A DNA stretch of 64,000 nt, taken from positions 16,678,001-16,742,000 of the forward strand of contig OZ193909.1 in NCBI GenBank assembly GCA_964276515.1, given 5' to 3'. This DNA comes from Gordius albopunctatus (Eukaryota). The notes under the pieces were generated by a model. That model saw nothing but the letters and a program-made list of their open reading frames with translations, did no database searches and was not told the DNA's origin. Shown here piece by piece: positions 34,251 to 46,256 of this stretch. Numbering within the stretch: position 1 is the first letter of the stretch; each line of letters starts with the position of its first letter. Both the position numbers and the translations under genes were made by a program.

Positions 34251-35448
34251 GCAGGTCACCCTGGCATTTTTGTTTTTTGGGTACAAATTTTCAAAGTAAG
34301 GAGCCTTTTTTGTTCCAACTAGGTGCTAATTTATATTGAATACTTTTAGAGAATGATATCAAAAACCTGTAAATATCGTATAAAAATGATATAGAAATAT
34401 AAAAGACTAACTCAAACATAGATTCTTTGAAGAATAATATTGATAATCACAACTTTGATATCCTAAAAGTTAGGGCATGTTCTTAAAGCAACTACTTTTT
34501 AATGGAGGCTTTGGTTCTATAATTATAAATATGTGGAAGCCATAAAATTTTATGGGCTAATGCGTATAAGGATATAGTATATTAATAAGTAGTTAGGTTT
34601 TTTTGTGTTTTCAATATAAGCTAGATGCTTTCCCTTTTCCTTAATTACAATCTAATCTATTTTTTATCAAATATCGGATCTCTCCGAGTTTAAAGGCTTT
34701 AATAATAATTCAAGAAGCATGAGGCTCACCATGTACGTGTACTTGTGTTAGGCTTAAAAAAACATGGATAAAAACACCCTTTATTTTTTTACACAAAAAT
34801 TATATTTACAGTTTCAAATGTATTAATTGCTATGTGTGCCTTCTTTTTATAACCATAACGTTTTTATTTCCATTATATCGATTAACTCTATGAATGGAAT
34901 AACTATGATCCCTAATAAACATAAATATTATTATCCTTGCTGTAAAATTCTTTAAACAAATTACCTTATTCTCTTTAATTGGTTAATAAAATGCCTATTC
35001 AATTACTTTAGCTTCCCAGTGCCCTTGACTGTTTTCAGCTGCAGTTTTATTCCATTTCTATAATATTAACCTTAACCCAGTGGTGTCCACACTTTTACAC
35101 CAGCTCCTCTCCCTCCCTCTAATTACTAAATATTGTTCTACCACGAAAAATTGAACCAAATAATGAATATATTATCTAAGAATGTTATTTTAAATGATTT
35201 ATCACATAAAAATTAAAAATTATATAGCCACAAAAATATAAGCTTATTATATTATTGAGGTGTATTAGCCTAATCATTGAAGGCATGTTTTATGTGGTCA
35301 GAGCCTAAAATAGGGCCGTAATATAATATCCAATTCATCTATAATTGGGAAATAAATTACATATTGCTCTGAAGTCTCATTAAGGTAGGAAGAGGATTCG
35401 CTATTATGAGTAAAGAGAAGGAATAGGTTTGTAATTCTATTAAAGATT

Positions 35449-37879
35449 CTGGTGGCCAATTTTAGCTTTTAAAACAGGAACCATTATTCCAAATTCAGTT
35501 AAACAACGAGATTGCGATGCCAGTATAGTGTCACGCTCCGTCGCTTACCTACTTTCGAGTTGTGACGCCGTACAGCATTTTAATCTCAGGTCACTAACGA
35601 CTTACTCTGGTCACGAATGGCTGCAATGCATTCCAAGCAAGTTCTCTGAGCTCTAACTCTCAAACCCCGAAATTACTTAGGCGATCGCCTTGAGACTGGG
35701 GATCCCAATTTGCAAGCAATTGACTTGTAAAAATTGTAAGAAACAAATTGATGTTTGGGCCCATCACCCCTTACATTGTAAACTTAACAAATTCTGTTTC
35801 ATTCGCCATCAAAAGATCAACCTTTTGATTCAAATCGCTTTACTAAAAGCCGGCTTCCCTTCTATTCTCGAACCATCAGAACTCACTCTTGAGGGTAGAA
35901 TGCGCCCCGATGCAACATCCACAATTCCATGGGATGATGGTAAGTTCCTATCTTGGGATTTTACTTGCATCGACGTATTTGTACCCTCTAACAATAACGC
36001 TGACCCATTAGCTCTAGTGGAAGCACGCAAAACTCATTAATACCATGATATAATTCCTTTTAAAATTTTTTTCCCTATCGTGGCTTCCTATTCCGCCACT
36101 TTTGGCAAACAGGCATTAGCCTTCTTTAAATTGATAGGAAAGAGATCTCCCGAAGGAAAATACTCAGCAAGTTTTCTTTTGCGGCAAAAAATAGGAATTT
36201 TAATAGCCAAATACAATTATAAGACATTTTCCGACACCTGGTCTCTGGCTAGAGAACTGCAAAGTCACTTTTTTTTAACCCGAACCCGACCCGAAAACAT
36301 TTTCAAATTTTCTACCCGGACCCGACCCGACCCGAAATCATTTTCAAATTTTCCACCCGAAACCGACCCGAGCCGAAATCATTTTTAAATTTTCTACCCG
36401 AACCCGACCCGAAAAATTATTAAAACAAATTACTTTCGAGCGCGAAAATTGCGGTGTAAAATTAAATCGACAAACAAAAGTACTATTAATGAAACAAAAT
36501 GTAACCACAGATTTTGTCTAATGAATTTATTTAAATGATTTACTATAATGATGTATAAATGTAATTGCGTCTACAATATCAGGTCGCAACCTCACCCTTC
36601 TCTCCTCCAAAATTCGACCAGCAGTCGAAAATGATCTTTTGCTGGACGAAGATGAAGCAGGAATGGCAAGATATTTGCGAGCAATAAACGATAACGTGGG
36701 ATATGTACAAGAGTTCATTTTCCACCATTCCAAAACATCACAACTTTCTTCTTTCTTCGAAAGTTTATGCCCAATATATGCTTCAAGTTCGTCCTTTTCC
36801 GTAATAATTTCTTCCTCACAACTTTCTTCCCAACCTGAAAAATCCATGAAAGAAGAGGACTCCAAAGGATTTTAAGCTAAAAATTATGCTTTAACATAAA
36901 ATTATATATTTAATACCTCGCTCACTGGATTTTTTTGGTGTTTCACTAGAAACCACCTTCTCTTGGCCAGATTGACAATTACTTATTAACGACCTAATTT
37001 CTGCTAATAATTCTTTAATTTCATCTTCCGTCAACATTTTCATTTGTTTGAACTTAGGGGTTAAGAAGGTCGCAATGGTATAAAAAGAGTCCCGAGAGAA
37101 CTTCTGGTTTAAAATTAGCCTGCACCTAAGAGCTAGCCCCCTCAAGCTCAGATGTTTTTCCAAAATTTGTTAAAAAATCCTTAAACTTAGAATCACTTTT
37201 TGTAAAGTGGGAGCCGTGTCTGCCTCCATATCTATTATAGCGCATTGGAAAGGGGTTAACAGTCGATACATTTGATTTTCTTGCTGTGAAACTCCCCCAT
37301 GTCTATCAACAGATCTTCGATCTCTTGATAATTATTTAGAACGGATTATAACATCTTTAGCCGACTATTCCACCGGGTCTCAACATACCTCTGCACAGAA
37401 TTTTTCAAACGATTTGCAAGACTAAAATTATATAAGTCTAATTAATAAATATTAATAACATACCCGGACTGTTTCAAATACGTTACTAAAGAGGAAATCC
37501 AGCCCCCTGGCGAAATGGAGAGCTGGCAAAAAGTCATAAAAGTTGCGAAATAGTATGCTTATTTATATATATAATATATGATTTATATATATATATAATA
37601 TATGATATATATATACAATTTATATTATATTTTTTGTTAGAAAAAAATAGGTCTTGCGTTTTTTTACAGTGTATAAACTTGGACCCGACTCTAAATATTT
37701 GACCCGACCCGACCCGAAAGTATTTTCAAATTTTTAACCCGACGTGCAGTTCTCAACCTCTGGCCCTCGATGAAGATGAAGGGTAGTCACGCTTTTTATT
37801 TATTTATTTATTGATCGTGTTTTATATTTTTCATATATATAGATTTTACCTAATAAATATTTTTAATTTAAAAAAAAAT
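35449..37879 (+). mobile_element. 3' part of a CRE-like non-LTR retrotransposon (zinc knuckle + restriction-like endonuclease), interrupted by a hAT element
   Basis: WLQCIP..ALRLG, C-x2-C..H..HC, RH..IN, RPD..IPW..GK..WDFTCID, FFPI..FG; internal stops; AATAAA and poly(A) at ~37850-37878. Confidence 0.75.
36250..37756 (-). mobile_element. Internally deleted hAT DNA transposon
   Basis: TIR TAGAGAACTGCA / TGCAGTTCTCAA; 8-bp TSD TCTCTGGC/CCTCTGGC; ACCCGA subterminal repeats; hAT dimerisation domain DVLEWWK..YPTL..ARKYLAIPASS..RSFS at 36527-36865. Confidence 0.9.
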
Positions 37880-38635
37880 ATATTTTAGCTTTTAAAAGTT
37901 GTTAGCCATATCAATTCTTGGGGAATCTACAACGACGATTACCAAGATGGGATTAACACTCGAATCAGGTTTTTTATATTGAAATGACCTCCAATATATT
38001 CTATAAATAATATTATATCTATTATGAATTAAAATGAATATAATCTCGAACAGTGTTAAAAGGTCAATACAAAAGTTTGGTGAAAAGGATGGGATTATAA
38101 CACGTGTTTCTTCAATAAAGAAAAGGCTTAATAAGATTAAACACTGGTTTGAAATTGTCTCAGACAAGATAGTCAAATTATATGATGGGGGGGCCTAAAA
38201 GATATGGTCAAGAGAAATAAAAGATTTGTTTAAACTATGCTGGTACAACATAGTGTTTTGCCATTCGGATCTGAGATTTTGCAGATTGTGGGGTGGATGA
38301 AGAAATCCAAGATAGGATAGATTCGGGTGGCTTTTGTGTGACAAAAGGGTAACAACGACTTAAAGGTGAAATTTATAGATCAAAAGCCACAACACTGTAT
38401 AATCATGGGCTATACATGTTAAATCCCGATATTATACTGCCAATATTATGTCCGGATTAACAAAACAACCAATTGAATTTAGGTTATATTTATTCTAGTA
38501 TATCAGTTCTTTGGAAAACAATAATAATTTTTATGCTCAACACCTCTCGAGGTTCTTTTTCCTCTTTCAGTTAGGTATAAAACTTTTGTCTATCACTCAC
38601 GGGGGCTTTATCTACCTACATATTTCTTCGATTCT

Positions 38636-41600
38636 AACACTACCTACGACGGTCCCAAGTCCGTGTGCAAAAAGTGGAGGGTTGGCGTCAGGTCGGAAAC
38701 CGGCTATAAAAATCAACTCCAAAATTTATGATAGTTTCAAACGAGACTTTACAAGAAAAGGCTAGGGCGTCCTCCACAAACGACGCGCACTGCATACCCC
38801 GCCCGTGCAATGTGAAAAATACACTAGGGTTACTGCCCAACTCACAACGAAGGCGGTTAAGGAAACTAGTTGTGGAAAGAATGCGAATTACGTGCTGGAA
38901 TGTGGGAACGTTGACGGGGAAGAGCATCGAGGTCGCACAGATGTTAAAAAGAAGAAAGGTACACATCGTCTGCCTACAAGAGACGAGGTGGAACGGAACG
39001 AAAGCTCGGGAATTAGGAGAAGGATACAAGCTTTTCTACAGTGGGTCACCAAATCGTAGAAACGGGGTCGGTATCGTTCTAAGTGAATCGTTCAAGGACA
39101 AGGTGGTGGAAGTCAAACGTTGTTCCGACAGGCTAATGTGGGTGAAGATTGCAGATCAAGGGGGCCTCCTAACCGTTATGTGCGCGTATGCTCCCCAAAT
39201 TGGGTGTTCGGAATCAGAGAAAGACATATTCTTCGAATCATTGGAAAAGGAAATACAAGGAATCCGACAGGAAGAAAGGCTAATTATTGGGGCCGATTTC
39301 AACGCTCACGTAGGGAAAGATCGCCTCGGGTATGAACGCAATCATGGAGGCTATGGGCATGGTCTGAAGAACAAAGAAGGGGAAAAACTTCTCCAAGTAT
39401 CCCAAGCATATGACATGGCGATCGTTAACACCTATTTTCAAAAGCGCGAAGATCATATTGTGACCTATAGAAGTGGGAAGCATTTTAGTCAAATCGACTA
39501 TTTGCTTATACGGCGAAAGGACTTATGGAGTATCAAAGATTGCAAAGTAATACCGGGAGAAGAAATCGCCAGGCAACATCGTCCCCTTGTTATGGATCTT
39601 GACAGAAGAGTATTTCCCGAAAGAAGAAAGGTATATGAACCTCGAATTCGATACGAAAGGCTAAAGAATACGTCGACGAACGAAGAATACCATCAAAAAG
39701 CCTCCTCACTCTTGGGTGCAAGGAAGTTGCAAAGGGACGTAGACGAAGATTGGGAAACGCTATCTAAGGACATTAAGGAAACAGCGATTCGTGTTCTAGG
39801 ACAGACCAAAGGAGGCAAAGCTATGAATAGGGAACTATGGTGGTGGGATCAATCGGTTAAAGATTGCATCGAAATAAAGAAAAATCTATATAGACGGTGG
39901 CATAAATCAAAAAAGTCGGAGGATTATCAAGAGTACAGGGACGCAAAGAGGGCCGCAAAAAAGGCCGTTGCAAAAGCGAAGAATGCTGCGTACACCGAGA
40001 TGGCAAACAAACTGGATCATAAAGGGGGCGATAGGCTTATGTACAAATTGGCCAAGATAAGGGAGAAGAAAAGTCGAGATGTCGGAGTTCTTAAAATAGT
40101 CAAAAGCGAGAAGGGTCAAACCTTATTCAAGCCGAAGGAAGTGATGGAAAGGTGGAAAGGATATTTTAAGAAACTTATGAATATTACAAATGACAAGGAT
40201 TCCCTTCCCGAAATTGAGCCAAATATAAGTATGGTCGAACTCTTTCAGAAGGATGAAGTTAGGACACAAATGAACAAGATGCAAAAAGGAAAAGCAAATG
40301 GCCCAGATGGAATACCTATGGAAGCATTGCTCGGATGTCGTGAAGAAGGAGTCACCACCATGACGAACCTCCTTAACAAGATATTGGTAGAAGAGCGAAT
40401 CCCTAATCAATGGAGAGCAAGCACGATTATACCTTTATTCAAAGGGAAAGGAGACCCTCAGGACTGCGGCAATTACAGAGGTATCAAGCTAACTTGCCAC
40501 TCCTTGAAGCTTTTGGAAAGGATCTTAGTAACAAGGCTGAAAAACGAGGTGGAAATATCGGCTAATCAATTCGGATTCGTGGCCGGCAAATCCACAATCG
40601 ACCCAATCTTCGCCCTAAGACAAATGATGGATAAGTATGGTGAAAAGAGGAAAGACCTACATATGGTTTTTATCGACTTGGAGAAAGCTTATGACACGGT
40701 CCCCCGCGATTTAATTTGGTGGTGCCTGAGGAAACAAAATATCCCTGACGCATATATACGGCTTATGAAAAATATCTATGAAGCCTCAAACTCTTGCGTT
40801 AGGACGACAGTTGGAGACTCTAAACCTTTTCGGGTTAATATTGGATTACATCAAGGCTCTGCTTTAAGTCCCTTTTTATTTAATATAATTATAGACACGA
40901 TAACGAGGGACTTTCAAAAGCCATCGCCATGGTGTATGCTATATGCCGATGATATAGTACTATGCGAGGAAACAAGGGAGAAGGTATTCGAAGAAGCAGA
41001 AAAGTGGTCAAAGCGCTTAGCTGGATATGGTTTAAAGGTCAACGATCGAAAAACGGTATACATGGAAATGAACGGTACAAGCACCCCATCGCTGGATGAC
41101 CACCTAAAGTACCCAAAAGTAGACAGGTTTAATTACCTCGGCTCTATGCTACATCAAGAGGGAGGTTGCGCAACTGAAATCAATGCCCGGATTCAAAAAG
41201 GATGGCTTAAATGGCGAAGTATATCCGGTGTAATGTGCGACAAGAAAATGCCAATATGGTTGAAGAGCAAAGCTTACAAATCCATCGTAAGACCGGTGTT
41301 ACTCTATGGAAGTGAAACATGGGCGTTAAACACCACGGAAGGAAAGCTATTACAAGCCACGGAGATGAGAATGATACGGTGGAGCTTGGGGTATACTAAG
41401 CTCGACCATATGACGAATGACTTTCTCATGACAAAAATGGGTATTCAACCTATGGCGGACATGATTAACGAAAATCGGCTAAGGTGGTATGGGCATATAC
41501 TAAGAAGGGACCCGGATGACGTAAATCGAAAAGTGCTAGACATGAAAATACCGGGGAAGAGAGGAAGAGGACGACCCCGTGTCACGTGGAAAAGGCAAGT

Positions 41601-41726
41601 CGATAAAGTTATGGAAACTAAAGAGATTCGTCAAGACATGGCACTAACCCGGTCAAGATGGAAGAGACTCATCAAAACAAACCCCACCAATGTGGGACCA
41701 AATAACTGATAAAGAAGAAGAAGAAG
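38636..41726 (+). mobile_element. Apparently full-length RTE-clade LINE
   Basis: 16-bp TSD ATATTTCTTCGATTCT at 38620-38635 and 41727-41742; (GAA)n 3' tail; single intact ORF. Confidence 0.93.
38728..41709 (+). CDS. RTE LINE ORF: AP-endonuclease plus reverse transcriptase (993 aa)
   Basis: [66 protein letters not shown]. Confidence 0.95.
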   Translation: MIVSNETLQEKARASSTNDAHCIPRPCNVKNTLGLLPNSQRRRLRKLVVERMRITCWNVGTLTGKSIEVAQMLKRRKVHIVCLQETRWNGTKARELGEGYKLFYSGSPNRRNGVGIVLSESFKDKVVEVKRCSDRLMWVKIADQGGLLTVMCAYAPQIGCSESEKDIFFESLEKEIQGIRQEERLIIGADFNAHVGKDRLGYERNHGGYGHGLKNKEGEKLLQVSQAYDMAIVNTYFQKREDHIVTYRSGKHFSQIDYLLIRRKDLWSIKDCKVIPGEEIARQHRPLVMDLDRRVFPERRKVYEPRIRYERLKNTSTNEEYHQKASSLLGARKLQRDVDEDWETLSKDIKETAIRVLGQTKGGKAMNRELWWWDQSVKDCIEIKKNLYRRWHKSKKSEDYQEYRDAKRAAKKAVAKAKNAAYTEMANKLDHKGGDRLMYKLAKIREKKSRDVGVLKIVKSEKGQTLFKPKEVMERWKGYFKKLMNITNDKDSLPEIEPNISMVELFQKDEVRTQMNKMQKGKANGPDGIPMEALLGCREEGVTTMTNLLNKILVEERIPNQWRASTIIPLFKGKGDPQDCGNYRGIKLTCHSLKLLERILVTRLKNEVEISANQFGFVAGKSTIDPIFALRQMMDKYGEKRKDLHMVFIDLEKAYDTVPRDLIWWCLRKQNIPDAYIRLMKNIYEASNSCVRTTVGDSKPFRVNIGLHQGSALSPFLFNIIIDTITRDFQKPSPWCMLYADDIVLCEETREKVFEEAEKWSKRLAGYGLKVNDRKTVYMEMNGTSTPSLDDHLKYPKVDRFNYLGSMLHQEGGCATEINARIQKGWLKWRSISGVMCDKKMPIWLKSKAYKSIVRPVLLYGSETWALNTTEGKLLQATEMRMIRWSLGYTKLDHMTNDFLMTKMGIQPMADMINENRLRWYGHILRRDPDDVNRKVLDMKIPGKRGRGRPRVTWKRQVDKVMETKEIRQDMALTRSRWKRLIKTNPTNVGPNN

Positions 41727-41742
41727 ATATTTCTTCGATTCT

Positions 41743-42200
41743 CTTTGTCAATCGGCTGCCATATTCAAATGAAAATTTAATGAATAAAGTTAGAAGAGTA
41801 GGGCCTAATAGAGCAACTATAATGGCACGTTTGAATGGTATTCCATATTTTCTTGAATATGACACGGGGGCGCAGGTATCAGTCATTAACAAGAAGATAT
41901 GGAACGAAGTGGGCAGTCCAAAGTTAAGACGTATTAACAATTTAATCGTGTTTGGTCAAAAGACACTGGATGTTAAAGGGAAAGTGAATATTAAAGTGGA
42001 AGATGGAGAAGAGGTTAAGAATTTACCTGCAATTGTCACTAAAAGGATGGAGTTACCATTGTTTAAGTTACAGTGGATTTTAGAATTCGTAACAAAGTCT
42101 ACATAGAGATCAAGATAATTCGTAGCAATTTAAATAATTTAATTAAAGGATTTTCAGATATTTTTGATAATAGTCATGGAAAAACCAATAGCAATTCAAT
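41743..42200 (+). mobile_element. Ty3/Gypsy-like LTR retrotransposon remnant (aspartic protease)
   Basis: LNGIPYFLEYDTGAQVSVINKKIW retropepsin motif; decayed downstream. Confidence 0.7.
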
Positions 42201-42234
42201 TCATCAAAACATAATGACAGATGGACCAGGTAAA

Positions 42235-42506
42235 AGGTGCCCTATACACTCGACGAAAACCATCTTGCCCAATTCACCCTGGGAAATTAACGACCATCTC
42301 CCCATTATCATAAAGAAGGCCCTATGAGTAACTTTTATAATAATTATCAATGTTATTATAAGGAATACCTAAATAATTACTTTAATCCGAAATTAAATGA
42401 TTAATATGCTTTTTTTGTTGGGGTACATTTTCTAATTGGGGGATATATTTTAACCTTGGGACAATCAATTCGGCAAGATAGTTTTCGGCAAGTTGACGGG
42501 CCACAC
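42235..42506 (-). mobile_element. Second copy of the GGGTGGCC MITE
   Basis: Reverse-complement similarity to 59633-59875 across its length. Confidence 0.75.
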
Positions 42507-42544
42507 AGGTAAAATACTTCTCGCCCGTGTTTTACTTATATAAT

Positions 42545-42757
42545 AAACAATTTTTCGCAAAAAAATATTAACTTAAATAGATACTGTCGATTATGACATT
42601 TGTCACCTGTGTCACCTTAAACTTAAAAAGATATTTTTTCGAGTGTGAACTTGTCTTAGTCATACAATAAAGCAATTTTCAAAAAAATATTTATTTCAAT
42701 AGATATTAAAGATTATGACATTTGTCACCTGTGTCACCTTAAACTTAAAAAGATATT
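42545..42757. repeat. Tandem duplication, period ~122 bp
   Basis: GATTATGACATTTGTCACCTGTGTCACCTTAAACTTAAAAAGATATT occurs twice. Confidence 0.85.
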
Positions 42758-42949
42758 CTTTATAATACACCTTATTAATGATCTGCATAGATGATGCATA
42801 ATAATTGGAACATATAAAAGGTTTATTATAACTAGGAAGTATAATACTTTCCACTTAATGACGTCATTTCATATTTACCATCAATCAAAAATTTATTACA
42901 TAAATAAAAAATATTAAATAGAAAAATATAAATAAATAATACATATTTC

Positions 42950-43312
42950 TACTTTTTTTCCAAATTTGACAACGTTTTATTTTGATGCAAAAATGAAAGG
43001 TATATAAATTGATTATACATTACTGTAAATATCAGGAAAACATTCATATATCGCGATTGAATTAAATTTCCAAATGGTAATCTAATTTTCTGCCTCATAA
43101 AAAATGCTTCAAGTTTGTCGCCGGAAAACGTGGAAAGATGTTTTCCCATTTTTTTGATAAGGTTGAGGGCTTGAGGGCCAAATGTTGTTAAGGTAGTGGT
43201 CGCTATGGGACAGAAATAAATTGATGGACCTAGGTCAGAATATTTGGTAATTTTTTGAGCTTCGGCTGTCGCCAGTGGATCTTTATTTTGATTCGTTGGT
43301 GCAAAAGCACTA
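42950..43312 (-). mobile_element. CRE-like 3' fragment
   Basis: DPLATAEAQKITKY..FCPIA..FGPQALNLIKKMG..FFMRQKI; AATAAA and A-tail. Confidence 0.7.
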
Positions 43313-45156
43313 TACATATTTTCATACAGAACCCAAAACGACTAAAACCAAATCAAAAGGTTACCAAAATCATTCACCCAAACGTTGTGGGTGTTTTTTT
43401 TTAAAACGCCAAAGGTTGACCACGAAATTCGAGCCAAAACCCTTTAGGTGTTTTTTACAAAAGTGCAACGCCAAGTGCGAACCAAAAACACCGTGGAAAA
43501 AACGCTAACGCTTGCATGCGACCAATCTTAAACATTGGTTTAACATTTCCACCCGCAAGTAATTTTACATATTAAAATATGTAATTAAATTTTTTAGATA
43601 ATTCCAACCTAAGAAATAATTGCAATGATAGTACATCCATTTCTGATCATCATCTAACTAACATTAACAGGAATTAGAGTAGAAAAATTAAAAAAAATTA
43701 TAATATGTTAAGGAGTCTGCTTGCCATTTTTAAAAGACAAGATGTAGAACCTCAATTTTCTTGTTTTAAAGAAGAATCAAAACAAATGAATGTTCCCCTT
43801 TTCAACAAATTTCTTATGAATCTTATTGAAACAACCCACCTTAATATATACAAGTTCATCAATGATATTAAAGAAATTGAGAGGGGAACTCAGTTGAATA
43901 TAAAAAAATCAATCACGGAAAAATTATTAAATCAAATTTTAAGAAAGAAATTTTTTTAAGAAGGAATTTCTTAAGTAATAGAGGTTTAATTCCAAATAGT
44001 TACGTATACCTTTATTATTTCTGAAAAACATTAACAAATAAATAATTGCTTACAAAGATTGGAACTGTATTATTTCGGAAAATTAAACAATAAATAATTG
44101 CTTACAAAATATTCGAATTAAGGATGATATATTTAATAAGGGGGAAAAAAGTGAGTGATAATTTTTGTATGACACAATAATAATAGTTTTCTAGCGGGTG
44201 CAGATGTTCTTTCTTCGTCGATGTTTTCATCGCTCAGCATCGTCTATCCCACGATGCATCAGAACAAAGAAACATGTAGAGGAAGATGGCGAGGGCCGAT
44301 AGTTAAATATACATAGGGAGATAGAAGTAAAAGTGGAATAGAAATAAGAGTGAAATAGGCCAGAGGCCAGGTGGCGTGTAGGAGCGCGAATACCACGATA
44401 ATACATGCCCCAAAATATATTAGATTAATAAGCAGGCATCGAGCCCTAGATTGTATTGTATCCAGAGTTGTTGGTGCGGGCACCGGATTTGCGGTGCGAC
44501 CTGCTGGTGCGCGCACCTGATGGGGTCGGTGCGGGTGCGCAATTGCGCTCCTGTTTTGCGCACATTAAGAGTTTTAGAATTTATTAATTTATTAGAAATT
44601 GTATTATCGCATATTTCACAAATTAAATTTCTACTGATTTACTATATATAACATGAAGATAACAAGGCGGGAAATTGGTTACTATCGATAGACAATAAAA
44701 ATAATCTAACCGCGATATTTCACATTATTCACGTATTTAATTTATCAATCAACGATTAATCTTTACACTTTTGAACTCGTCGCTTAATAAATAAACTATA
44801 GAAAAACACTAAAACGATTGAAGTTGAAGTTTAATAAGATTAGAAGTTTAAAAACACAGACAGGTAATTTGATTAAAGAATTACAATAGAATATTCAAAT
44901 AATGATAATTTTGGAATATTGTTATCCCCCGTTACTATCCTAATATTTCAAACACTTTTAGACCTATCTTTACTATCGTAAGTTTAATCACATATAATAA
45001 TCAAATTACAATTAATTTTCATTAAAATATATTAAATTAGTTAATTAATTTTAATTATTAATTTGTATTATTGTATTGGTTGTCATAGTACTCCTTATCC
45101 AATTTTTTACTCTTTTCTCACGGCTTATATATAACACCTTAATATGATAGTGAGTT

Positions 45157-45357
45157 ATGGAAATAGAAGAATCAAGCATAAATGTAGCAAGCACATCATG
45201 CATGAAAATTTTTCCATTTCCAAAATATGCTAATATGTTTAAACTTAAAGATAATCAGCATAATACACTTAATTTTGAGGTGCAATGTCTTTTATGCAGC
45301 AATGCCAAACTCAAGACTTCTTCTAGATCTTGTTTCAATTTGACTAGGCATCTAAAG
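45157..45357 (+). pseudogene. BED zinc-finger exon remnant of a hAT transposase
   Basis: VQCLLCS..TSS..NLTRHLK followed by donor AG|GTAATC; no downstream exons found. Confidence 0.6.
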
Positions 45358-45419
45358 GTAATCTTGTTACTTATTTTTATTTAATAATTAAGTAAATAAA
45401 AAATTTATAGGGATTTTGT

Positions 45420-45610
45420 TATAGTGTAATCAAATTTTATGTGCGGGCAGGAAACGGAAATTTTTAGTGGTTAACACGACAACACCCTCGCCGACTCAGC
45501 GAACAGGGGGGCAAAAGGGAAAAAACGGGATAAAAAAAGTGGGATGTGACGTGACGTGGGTGACAGTAAACAAATGCAAAGTGGCCCATAAATTACATAG
45601 CAATTAATAA
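45420..45610 (-). mobile_element. 5' end of a related HINE-like element
   Basis: TTATTAATTGCTATG(T)AATTTATGG terminus followed by a (GTCAC)n-like microsatellite. Confidence 0.5.
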
Positions 45611-45745
45611 TAACCGCATTGAAGAGTGCCGTGCTAAAAAGATAGGGATGTATATAGTCATATTAGTCTCTAAATAAAATTGCCTATAGATGGCGCTAAT
45701 TAGATTATACTTTTGAGTTAATTGCGGCACTCCTAAATGGGGTTA
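45611..45745. mobile_element. 135-bp MITE-like inverted-repeat element
   Basis: TAACCGCATTGAAGAGTGCCG / CGGCACTCCTAAATGGGGTTA (18/21). Confidence 0.55.
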
Positions 45746-45959
45746 TAACTATCTTCTTCCAAAATTTGAATAAAATTAATTAATGATACTGTTTAAGTGT
45801 ATGATGGGTGATGTTTGAATGTATGAGTAATAATGTTTTAAATTAAATAAATAATGATATTTAAATGAAACGTGTTTTGTTCCAATAAACTGCCTAGGCT
45901 AGATGGAAGGTGCTCTTATATTTATCACGACTGCATTTTGTTTCGTATGACGACCTAAA

Positions 45960-46205
45960 TTTTTTTAAATATATAAAATTACATTCACGACTAAAAAAAT
46001 ATAAAAACGCGCTATAACTAAACGGATGGCATTGATCCGTGTATGGAAATCGTGTTGGATTTAACGATTTCCATTGTGATCTTTTGCCTGATAAAAAAGT
46101 ACTCTTTCAAATCTAAGGAGACGCTGGAGATCGATTTTCCAATTTGTTTCAGGAGAGCGAGAGCTTCAACGCCTAAATTTTCAATTGTGGTTGCCACTAC
46201 AAATT
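45960..46205 (-). mobile_element. CRE-like 3' fragment
   Basis: LGVEALALLKQIGKSIS..FFIRQKITMEIVKSN; reverse-complement match to 50866-51060. Confidence 0.7.
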
Positions 46206-46256
46206 TATAAAAAATATTGAGAATAAACCAATTAATGAATAACAATTAACTTACAA

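Noticed and set aside
38636..38727. HDV-like ribozyme in the RTE 5' UTR
   Set aside because: Known for some RTEs, but the nested double-pseudoknot pairings could not be identified by eye.
43705..43959. Possible MULE C-terminal relic (HLNIYKFI)
   Set aside because: A single degenerate motif with no catalytic residues or termini confirmed.
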